From: Chlorobiota bacterium
Lineage (GTDB): Bacteria > Bacteroidota > Ignavibacteria > Kapaibacteriales > NICIL-2
Length of the DNA stretch: 64,000 nucleotides
Reading direction: 5' to 3'
NCBI GenBank assembly: GCA_044224515.1
Contig: JBGAKH010000002.1
Location: 355,817 to 419,816, forward strand
In this document: piece after piece, positions 19,471 to 27,867 of the stretch
Layout: each line of letters starts with the position of its first letter
How positions within the stretch are numbered: position 1 is the first letter of the stretch
Translations under genes and position numbers: made by a program
Notes under the pieces: generated by a model
Told to the model about the DNA's origin: nothing
What the model saw: the letters and a program-made list of their open reading frames with translations, nothing else
Database searches by the model: none

Positions 19471-20682
19471 ATGACGCTGAAACACGTTCGCGAGCAGCGA
19501 CTCTTCGTTGTTGCTCTCTTATTGATTCTCATCGATCAAGTCACCAAAGTGTGGATCAAAGGATTTCACATTTTGGGTTTGGTGCATGAAGGCATGCCAC
19601 TGGAAAGCAGCAGACAGATCTTCGGCGAGTTGCTTCGCTTTAGCTACGTGGAAAACCCCGGGATGGCTTTCGGCGTGTCGTTCGGAAGCGCAAAAATCTT
19701 CCTTAGTCTCTTCTCAATCATAGCCGCCGGAGGTTTGGCGTGGTACCTCCACAAGCTGCGTCACTCGACGATATGGGTGCAACTGGGTGTGATGCTTCTG
19801 CTAGCCGGGGCGGTGGGAAATTTGATTGACCGCGTTTTCTATGGATTGATCTACAACGAAGCACCGTTGTTTTACGGCAAGGTTGTGGATTTTATCGATG
19901 TGGATTGTCCTGATTTTAGTCTCTTCGGACACAGCTATACCCGTTGGTGGGTCTTCAATGTTGCGGATGCCTGCGTGAGCTGTGGTATAACGCTCCTTGT
20001 CTTGTTCAATCACAAGATTCCAACGCTCAAGAGTCTTGACAGTCGCTTCCATGTGTCGAACGATGAAATACACATTGAGGAGTACAATCCCCAATGGGCA
20101 CATGAATTCGCAGAACTTAAGACGGTGCTGGAACGTAGCCTGGGCGGCAAAGCGCAAAGCATAGAGCATGTCGGTAGCACTTCGATTCCCGGTTTGGCTG
20201 CCAAGGCAGTAATGGATGTCGACATCGTCATCGCTGAACAGAGCTCGTTGGATGAGATTCGTACCACCCTTGAAGCATTGGGTTATGTGTATGAGGGCGA
20301 TAAAGGTATTCCCGGACGTGAAGCATTCCGTCAGAGCGACTCCATGGTTCCGCATGGTAGCGGTCACCGATGGATGCGTCAACATATGTACGTCTGTGCC
20401 TCCGACTCTCTAGCCCTGGCTGAACACCGACAGTTCCGTGAGGCGCTTCTGAACTCAAGCGAGCTTCAAGCACAATACGTGGCACTCAAACGTGAATTGG
20501 CAGAGAAGTTCCGATTGGATCGCGAAGCCTATACTAACGGAAAGGCCGACTGGATTCGCTCAGTTCTGTCCGCCGCCACTACCACAACTCCCAGTGTGGA
20601 AAACAGCCCGGAAGAAGCGTCCGACACGGCTGCAACCGACCAAAGTGACGAGTCGGAGAGCGAAGATTTTAAATCAGTGTAA
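19471..20682 (+). CDS. lspA: Fusion protein: lipoprotein signal peptidase II (LspA) fused to a GrpB-family (nucleotidyltransferase-fold) domain with acidic tail
   Basis: N-terminal half: LspA motifs ENPGMAFG, VVDFIDVD, FNVADACVS within four TM helices. C-terminal half: GrpB signature SIEHVGSTSIPGLAAKAVMDVDIV...RQFREAL...YTNGKADWI. The reading frame is continuous, 403 aa from ATG 19471. Confidence 0.7.
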   Translation: MTLKHVREQRLFVVALLLILIDQVTKVWIKGFHILGLVHEGMPLESSRQIFGELLRFSYVENPGMAFGVSFGSAKIFLSLFSIIAAGGLAWYLHKLRHSTIWVQLGVMLLLAGAVGNLIDRVFYGLIYNEAPLFYGKVVDFIDVDCPDFSLFGHSYTRWWVFNVADACVSCGITLLVLFNHKIPTLKSLDSRFHVSNDEIHIEEYNPQWAHEFAELKTVLERSLGGKAQSIEHVGSTSIPGLAAKAVMDVDIVIAEQSSLDEIRTTLEALGYVYEGDKGIPGREAFRQSDSMVPHGSGHRWMRQHMYVCASDSLALAEHRQFREALLNSSELQAQYVALKRELAEKFRLDREAYTNGKADWIRSVLSAATTTTPSVENSPEEASDTAATDQSDESESEDFKSV

Positions 20683-20836
20683 ACACTCTTAAATAGGCTT
20701 CTTAGGCTCCTTGAAAAAAAAATCTAAGAGCTTGAAAAAAATGTTTGTGTAGAAGTGAAGTCCTTTTAATTTCGCATCGAGGCTGTTCTTGAAACGCCTC
20801 CTTTCGTTGTGGTGGTGAAAGGTGAGAAGGGGAGTG

Positions 20837-20864
20837 CCCCTTGACGAGTGGTGACGTCAAGGGG
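20837..20864. promoter_or_regulatory. Perfect 10-bp stem-loop in a long convergent intergenic region (structured RNA element or terminator)
   Basis: CCCCTTGACG agtggtga CGTCAAGGGG. It is flanked by two copies of AATTTCGCATC, at about 20766 and about 20914. Confidence 0.3.
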
Positions 20865-21477
20865 TATCTCATTTCTAGCCGAACCGAAGCTTCCACACTC
20901 TCGCCTCCTTGAATTCCCCTCAATTTCGCATCCTCCACTGTCAGATTTTCTACGCTGTCCAGACTTGCTGACAAGCGCACAAACACTAGTGTTGAGGGCA
21001 ACGGCGCATCTTCAAATGTGAAATATTTGTGAAGTCACTGTGGAGAACTGTACCGTGTCGCAGGCACAACGCGAAGCGTTGTGGCTAACAAAAAATCACT
21101 CGCAGAGACGTCTTTTTATACCGGCTTGCAGCCCTTCGGGCAGCTGCGCCAAGGAGCGAAGCAGGACCTTAGCGCTTCGCTACACGGACGTTCCACATGG
21201 AAGTATCGCGTGCAGTAGCAGTGGTAGCTCTGATTGGAGGCTATTGTCCGGTATCCCGGGCTAATGTCTTCCATTCCGGGTTGTCTTCTCGATCTCCGTA
21301 GGCCTAGAGTGACAGGGACACGATTGTTTCAACGTCCGGCCCTATGCGTACAGAGGCAACGTTAACAGAGCAGTTCTCGAACGACGCATGAGCTGTGTTT
21401 TTCGACATCTGGAGCTGTGCTATGAAGAACCGAGAACAAGGTCTCAAAACCCGAGGTCAGGGCTGAATTGGTTGTCC

Positions 21478-22230
21478 CTAGTAGCCCAATGTTTTTATCA
21501 GGAAGGTCACAGCGAAAACGAGCATAAAGACGCCGTACATGCGTTCCAGGCTTTGGTTACGGAGACGCAAGGCTAAGCGAGCCCCGAGCATGGAGAATGG
21601 GATTGAACTCAGAGCGAGAAGGAGTGCAACGGACCAGTCGACATGTCCGAGTAGGGAATGCACGATCGTGCCGGGCAGTGCAAGTCCGGCTACACAAAAG
21701 AGAGAAGAAGCCAAGGCTTTCTTCAGAGGCATGCGAACGAAGCGTACAAAAGCGGGCACCATAACAATACCTCCACCAACGGCGAGCAGACCGGAGAAGA
21801 CGCCTGTGATACAGCCAATGGCGAGGAATCGTGCAGGCGAATAGAAGGACTCATGTTCGAGGTCTTCTCGTAAGAGCCACGAACGAACGAGGAAACTGAC
21901 TGCCACATAGAGCATGACTGCAGCAGTGGCGATCATAAGCGTATCAGACTGTACAAAGTGCGAAGCGTAGCTGCCAAGGATGTTCAGCGGAACGGCGCTG
22001 GCTAAGACCCAGCCTACGGCACGGAAGTCAACGAGCGAGCGCTTATAGTAGGAGTAAGAACCACTTAGGGCTGAGGGTATTGAAGCCGGTAGCGGTGAAG
22101 CCAGAGCAAGGATCGCACTCAAGCCTCCAAACATCTTGAGCAGTGGCGTGGCGATCAAAGCGCCACCGATACCGAAGAGTCCGGAAGACAGACCAATGAC
22201 TATTCCAATAGCCAAGTGAATGAAGATCAT
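21478..22230 (-). CDS. TauE/SafE (TSUP) family anion exporter
   Basis: Eight TM helices with duplicated Gly-rich motifs (GLSSGLFGIGGALIATPLL; GLLAVGGGIVMVPAF). Start ATG at 22230 (MIFIHLAIGIV...). The track extends to a GTG at 22278. Confidence 0.75.
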   Translation of the reverse strand: MIFIHLAIGIVIGLSSGLFGIGGALIATPLLKMFGGLSAILALASPLPASIPSALSGSYSYYKRSLVDFRAVGWVLASAVPLNILGSYASHFVQSDTLMIATAAVMLYVAVSFLVRSWLLREDLEHESFYSPARFLAIGCITGVFSGLLAVGGGIVMVPAFVRFVRMPLKKALASSLFCVAGLALPGTIVHSLLGHVDWSVALLLALSSIPFSMLGARLALRLRNQSLERMYGVFMLVFAVTFLIKTLGY

Positions 22231-22485
22231 GCAATCGATGTAATAAGTGAGAGCCGGAAGATGAGAAGAGTAGAGCACACAACTCGAGAATTGTCAGTGC
22301 GTCTGTAGTGAGACACACCCGGAGTGCATTCAAAAATACATCGTTGCACCGAGGAGAGAGTTAACAATGGAGAGACATTGGCGCAAGCATTAGTTCGCGG
22401 GCTGAGGAAGCCGTGGTGTAAGCTTGTAGGAGGTGGTATATTGCATGATCTAACGCGAGCATTGACCATGTGTAGAGCTTCAGGG

Positions 22486-24231
22486 ATGAAGAGAATGAGA
22501 CAGCTACTCTTGATAGGGGTGGCTTGTTGTGTTGCCTCGTGCGGAAGCGGACGCATGTGCAGAACGGAGGGTCCACCGGGAAGCATGGGCTCAGTGATCA
22601 ACTCAGCGGCCGATGATATGTCTCCGCACATCGTGCGTGGCGCACTCCTTTTCAGTTCCAATCGCAGCCTCACAGACCTGCAGCAAGAGATGTTGCATAC
22701 CGATCTACCCGAGGCGGTGTTTCGTTCCGAGCGACGAGCAGACGGAAGCTTTGCACCTGCTGACGTCGACGTAGAGTTGGCATTGAATGTCAACAAAGCA
22801 GGAACACCCGCGGTCTTGTTAACGGAAGACTCTCAAGGTCTCATTGTGTTTCCGCGTGCGATAGGCAGTGCAAAAGAAGCCCAGGTTGATTTGTTCGAGA
22901 CCGTGCTGCGAAACGGACAATGGACGCCGGCTGCAGTGATCTCGGAGTTGGAGAGCAAGTATTGGGATTCACAGCCGGCACTTTCGGCTGATGGACAAAT
23001 CCTAGTTTTTTCGTCTGACCGTCCCGGCGGTTTTGGCGGAACGGACTTGTGGTATAGTCTACGCACGGAGGGCGGATGGTCTGCCGCTCGAAATCTTGGC
23101 AAAGAGATCAACAGTGCTGCTGACGAGCAGAGTCCTTTTCTGGACCACAAGTCAGATCTGTACTTTGCATCAAACCGCACACAAGGACCTAATCAGCGGG
23201 GCTTTGAAATCATGCGTGCAACGCATGTTGATCAAACAAGTTGGGCCGGTGTGGAGTACTTACCGTCACCAATCAACTCTGAAGCGGATGATATAAGTCC
23301 GGCGGTGAGTGGCGACACCATCTACTTTGCATCGCGCCGTAGCGGCGGTTGTGGTGGCTACGATTTGTATGCGATGCAATTGTGCGGACCGGTATGGGTA
23401 CGTGGCGAAGTACAGAGTTCTTCAACACTCAGTCGGCGCAGCGGTATCATAACAGTACTCGATTCTGTGGACCGAATAGCTCCGATTCCCGTACCGGAAG
23501 ATGGTCACTTCGAGTTCAAAGTGTGGCCGAACCGTCGCTACATACTTCGTTACCTCAATGAATGTTCGGACTCAACCTTGGAACAAGAGTTTAGTACGCC
23601 GTGTAACGAGTCGAAAGTTGTTGTGCTTCAAACCAAGCTCAAACTACCCGAGCAAAAGCCTGTTTTCAATCTCCACGAATACGACGTCCCTTTCTTCAGC
23701 AAAGGATATTACTTACCGAGCACTACCCAGGAGCTCAACGATCTACGTCTCAAATTTGCTTACAACTTTCTTGGTGTGGAAGAGAGCACCAAATACATTG
23801 TGCAGCCCGGCAAAGAGTACAATGACTATGCACTGAAAGTAGACAGCGCTTTTGACCGCATGCGTGATTTTATTCTCGGTGTACTCGAATATCGGAAGAG
23901 GGGCTGTACCACTAGTCCGGAAGCCTTCAAACTAAAAGTTGAGGCCTTTGCCGATTCCAAAGGATATGCTAGTACGGCGGTGTACAACGGACCCGACATC
24001 TCCGACGACAAACTTGAGCTTCAGGTAAAAGCCGGGACGCCAATGACAAAGGGACTCATGGCAAGCCTCCGCGCTTACTATGTAATTAAAGTACTTGAGC
24101 TACGTTTGTCATCGAACCCCCTCTACCAAGAGTACAAGAACCGTCTCAAATGGCGCATAGCACCCCGCGAAGATGAAAAGTCCGCCGACCCCGAAAGTCT
24201 GATACGAATGGTAGATGTTGGAGTGGAGTAG
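22486..24231 (+). CDS. Lipoprotein with four TolB-like PD40 beta-propeller repeats and a degenerate OmpA-like C-terminal domain
   Basis: Lipobox LLLIGVACCVASCG. Repeats DDMSPHIV..LLFSSNR, DSQPALSADGQILVFSSDRPGGFGGTDLWYS, DEQSPFL..LYFASNR, DDISPAVSGDTIYFASRRSGGCGGYDLYAM. C-terminal ...EAFADSKGY...LRAYYVIKVL resembles OmpA but lacks the canonical D/R residues. Confidence 0.55.
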   Translation: MKRMRQLLLIGVACCVASCGSGRMCRTEGPPGSMGSVINSAADDMSPHIVRGALLFSSNRSLTDLQQEMLHTDLPEAVFRSERRADGSFAPADVDVELALNVNKAGTPAVLLTEDSQGLIVFPRAIGSAKEAQVDLFETVLRNGQWTPAAVISELESKYWDSQPALSADGQILVFSSDRPGGFGGTDLWYSLRTEGGWSAARNLGKEINSAADEQSPFLDHKSDLYFASNRTQGPNQRGFEIMRATHVDQTSWAGVEYLPSPINSEADDISPAVSGDTIYFASRRSGGCGGYDLYAMQLCGPVWVRGEVQSSSTLSRRSGIITVLDSVDRIAPIPVPEDGHFEFKVWPNRRYILRYLNECSDSTLEQEFSTPCNESKVVVLQTKLKLPEQKPVFNLHEYDVPFFSKGYYLPSTTQELNDLRLKFAYNFLGVEESTKYIVQPGKEYNDYALKVDSAFDRMRDFILGVLEYRKRGCTTSPEAFKLKVEAFADSKGYASTAVYNGPDISDDKLELQVKAGTPMTKGLMASLRAYYVIKVLELRLSSNPLYQEYKNRLKWRIAPREDEKSADPESLIRMVDVGVE

Positions 24232-24398
24232 GGGGAGTGGGAGTGGGTTGAGAGTGGGGTTAAACGCTCGAAAACTGGCCATCTTTGGACTTCCATACCT
24301 ATTTTTGAAACTCGCATTCTAAATGCTACGAACGATCGACTCGAAAATGAGCTCGTTTGGGAGTTTGCCTTCACACTTTCAATCGTATTTAGTACTTC

Positions 24399-25298
24399 AT
24401 GAAGTCTCAAAAGCAAGGTTCTGCACTAGTTAATCTCGTTGGCTGGTATCGCGATAACTCTCCACTGGGTTTTGGTAAAGCAAAGCTCAGCAAGTTTGCT
24501 TTAAAAAGCCTCGGCATAGCCGAAGTTGAGGCACAATCAAACGACGGCTGTACTTTTCTCCTGCGAATGCCGGATGATGCCTCGTGGTTCAGCATCTACT
24601 TTGATGGAAATTTCGAGACCGGCACTTTGGAGCTGATGAAGAAGGTTGTCAAGTCCGATGACGTGATTCTTGACATTGGCGCAAACCTCGGGTGGTATAC
24701 AGTGCATCTTGCCAAGTTGCTTCCTATCAGGCACTGTCACGCATTTGAGCCGGTACCGAATATCTATGACAAACTGAAAAAGCATTGTGAAATCAATGGA
24801 GTAAGTTCCAAGGTCACCTTGAATCAATGTGCGCTTGGAGATCAAAACGGAACGATTGAATTACATACCTTTCCGGATTTACCACATGGACACTCGTCAA
24901 TCTCTACTCTTGGTAAGACGAATTACGTGACGTCCCATGCCCCGATGTTCAAACTCGACGATTTCATTGCCTCAAACAATCTCGAAAAGATTGATTTTAT
25001 TAAAATGGATGTCGAGGGTGCCGAAGCGCTGGTACTAAGTGGAGCACTTGAGCTATTAAAACGTAAAGATCCTCCGGTGTGGGTCATTGAATTGAACATC
25101 GAGACAGCAGCAAGTTTTGGACATCGCCCTGCGGACCTATTGAATACACTGTTGTCTCATAATGATTATGACTTGTACAAAGTAGATCGTGGTTGGGGAT
25201 CTACGAGAAGAATGAAATCGGTGGACGATTATGAAAATGGTGACAATGCTGTCTGTGTCCCAAAAACAAAGAACGATCGCATGCAGTGGCTAAGGTAA
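24399..25298 (+). CDS. FkbM-family SAM-dependent methyltransferase
   Basis: ILDIGANLGWYT (SAM motif I), AFEPVPNIYDKL, IDFIKMDVEGAE are hallmarks of Methyltransf_21/FkbM. Confidence 0.75.
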   Translation: MKSQKQGSALVNLVGWYRDNSPLGFGKAKLSKFALKSLGIAEVEAQSNDGCTFLLRMPDDASWFSIYFDGNFETGTLELMKKVVKSDDVILDIGANLGWYTVHLAKLLPIRHCHAFEPVPNIYDKLKKHCEINGVSSKVTLNQCALGDQNGTIELHTFPDLPHGHSSISTLGKTNYVTSHAPMFKLDDFIASNNLEKIDFIKMDVEGAEALVLSGALELLKRKDPPVWVIELNIETAASFGHRPADLLNTLLSHNDYDLYKVDRGWGSTRRMKSVDDYENGDNAVCVPKTKNDRMQWLR

Positions 25299-25572
25299 AG
25301 CTGAAACTGACCAATCTTGAACCAACCATTCAGCACATTGTCATTTGCTGATGTCACTGTAACTTTTCTTGTCAATAGTTGCTCTGAAGAACGGCTTCAT
25401 CGAAGTATCGATGAGGCTGTTTCTATGTTGGCTAGTTATGCTGAGTGTATTTAATGGGATAATTCTTTTGAAAACGTCAAAATGTCCGTACCGTGGAGCA
25501 TGGTATTTGAAGCTTCCTTCTGTATCTTCGTCACAGGCGGACATTTTACTATTTACCACTATTGGAGTCACC

Positions 25573-26352
25573 ATGAAAACTCTTCTTGCCGCACTTTTTT
25601 GCTCACTGCTGCTTATTAGCAATTCTGGTTGCAGAAAGTTTGATAATGTCTCGGATCCTTCCGACACTACAAGCTGTAATACGAATTACTCAATGTTATT
25701 TAACGGACGTACTTCCTATATGGAGGTACCAAGCACCCCTGAATTGAATCTCTGTGAAGGAAGTTATACCATTGAAACTTGGGCTTTCTTCAATGAGTAT
25801 TACGGTGGATGGCAGGTACTACTTGCTAAGGATAACATGGACAGCAATACAGAGTGGCTTTTAACGGCAGATGGTCCGACACATCGCTTTCGTTTTCAAA
25901 CCAGGGATTTTTCAACCGTGCTTTACAGTACAACACCGGTGATGTCAGGAAGATGGTATCATTTGGCAGCCGTTCAAGACTTTGCCAACAATACTGTGAA
26001 ACTGTACGTCGATGGCGTTTTGGAATGCGAAAGGAACTTGGTCGGTAGAATAGTCACTACAAATTACCCGATTCGATTTGGCACTCGCATTAATGATATC
26101 ACTGCAGGCAGTCCGTGGTATGTTGTCGATGGGCAAATGGATGAAGTGCGAATTTGGAATGTTGCTCGCACTGCAGAGCAAATCAATTCCAACAAAAACA
26201 AGACATTAAAAGGAAACGAATCCGGTTTGGTAGCGTACTGGAGCTTCGACGAAGGTAAAGGTACAAAAGCTGTTGACCATACATCGCACGGACATGATGC
26301 GGCTATGTTTGCATCGCCATTCTTTATGATCACAAATTGTCCTGTGAAATAA
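25573..26352 (+). CDS. Lipoprotein with LamG-like (concanavalin A-like lectin/glucanase) jelly-roll domain
   Basis: Lipobox LLLISNSGC. The pattern WYHLAAVQDFANNTVKLYVDGVL...DEVRIWNVARTAEQI is the LamG_3 signature. Paralogous to the C-terminal domain of the next gene. Confidence 0.6.
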   Translation: MKTLLAALFCSLLLISNSGCRKFDNVSDPSDTTSCNTNYSMLFNGRTSYMEVPSTPELNLCEGSYTIETWAFFNEYYGGWQVLLAKDNMDSNTEWLLTADGPTHRFRFQTRDFSTVLYSTTPVMSGRWYHLAAVQDFANNTVKLYVDGVLECERNLVGRIVTTNYPIRFGTRINDITAGSPWYVVDGQMDEVRIWNVARTAEQINSNKNKTLKGNESGLVAYWSFDEGKGTKAVDHTSHGHDAAMFASPFFMITNCPVK

Positions 26353-26459
26353 CAATCAGATATTGTTGAGCTACGACCCATGCTGACCATGAGGTCAGCA
26401 TGGGTCATTCTCATCACTGCGGCACAATGTTAAAATACATTTCCAACATTCACACACCT

Positions 26460-27773
26460 ATGAACTTACGGTCATTTCTACGTACCTGGACATCAGTTCT
26501 AGCCATCACAATAATTGGACCGTTGTTCTGGTCATGTAGTGGTGACAGCGTTACTGCACCAACCACAGGAACTATTTCAGGTGTGGTGAACATTGACACT
26601 GGCGGAGTTGCCGCGGGAGCTCTTGTGTATACAGTACCCCCTTCTGCATCCGTGTTGTCAGACTCTCTTGGCAGATATACAATTGGTGACGTTTCAGTTG
26701 GAACGGTCACAGTCTATGCGTTGAAAATTGGTTGTGACACAGCGATGGTATCGGTTAACGTCCTATCGTCGAAAGTAACGACAACGGACATTTTACTTCA
26801 TGTGTCAAAGCAAAACAACGCGCCCAATCAAGCCAGATTGGTTGCCCCGGATTCAATTGCAACGCATGTATATAAAGACAAAATTTTGCTTAAGTGGTCG
26901 TGTTCAGATCCCGATAACGATGCGTTGAACTATGATGTTTACATGGGTACCGGCTCAAATCCCGGCGATTTGAAGTTAGTGGCTAAGGGCTTGACTACAT
27001 CGGAGTATAGCGCAACATTACAACAAGGATATGTTGAATACCAATGGCGCGTAGTTGCTCGAGATCAACTTGATAAGGCCAGTACAAGTCCAACGTGGAG
27101 GTTTGTGTCAAACTCTGAATGGGCACTTCACTTCGACGGCCTATCACAGTACGCGCAAGTCCCTTCCTCAACAGCACTGAATTTGTCGTCACAAGACTAC
27201 ACGATTGAGATGTGGGTCTACATCGACTCATTTGACCCCGAGTGGCAAGTTATTATGACGAAGGATGCGACGAATAGCAACACAGATTATCTCGTGCAAG
27301 CAAATCACGACGGAAGGATTTTGTTCCAGTCAAGAAACTTGCAGAACATGGTCTACTCTAAGAATTATTTTAAGGCTGCCACTTGGTATCACCTTGCATT
27401 TCAGCAAAGTCTTGATGAGAACAAGTTAAGAATATTTGTTAACGGTTCTTTAGTAACGGAAGCTGCGCTTGCGGGATCCGCGGTGACGACTAGTTCGCCT
27501 CTCTTGATCGGAGCTAGAATAAATTCTGCTTCAGGTGGATTACCAACCGCCTTATTCGCCGGTAAGATTGATGACCTGCGAATATTTAACACAGTGCGCA
27601 GCGAAGCGCAGATAAACGCCGATATGACGACTCCCTTAAGCGGTTCAGAAGTTGGTCTTATTGCAGGGTTTAACTTTAATGAAGGACAAGGCAACACATC
27701 ACAAGATGTTAGCGCTAACCTAAACGTCCTTACTTTGCGTAACAATCCCACTTGGGTGGTTGGTCATAAATAA
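26460..27773 (+). CDS. Secreted protein: CarboxypepD_reg-like domain, FN3-like domain, LamG-like domain
   Basis: Signal peptide. GTISGVVNIDTGGVAAGALVYTV (carboxypeptidase regulatory-like beta-sandwich). A PKD/FN3-like middle region. C-terminal WYHLAFQQSLDENKLRIFVNGSL...DDLRIFNTVRSEAQI LamG signature. Confidence 0.6.
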   Translation: MNLRSFLRTWTSVLAITIIGPLFWSCSGDSVTAPTTGTISGVVNIDTGGVAAGALVYTVPPSASVLSDSLGRYTIGDVSVGTVTVYALKIGCDTAMVSVNVLSSKVTTTDILLHVSKQNNAPNQARLVAPDSIATHVYKDKILLKWSCSDPDNDALNYDVYMGTGSNPGDLKLVAKGLTTSEYSATLQQGYVEYQWRVVARDQLDKASTSPTWRFVSNSEWALHFDGLSQYAQVPSSTALNLSSQDYTIEMWVYIDSFDPEWQVIMTKDATNSNTDYLVQANHDGRILFQSRNLQNMVYSKNYFKAATWYHLAFQQSLDENKLRIFVNGSLVTEAALAGSAVTTSSPLLIGARINSASGGLPTALFAGKIDDLRIFNTVRSEAQINADMTTPLSGSEVGLIAGFNFNEGQGNTSQDVSANLNVLTLRNNPTWVVGHK

Positions 27774-27867
27774 GGCCAGTCTTCATACGGAACAAATTGT
27801 AGGTTCTGCAAAGTCCGGCTGTTGACGGTTCCGCCTTAAGGCTTCTTCTATTAAGACAGGAGAGTGC

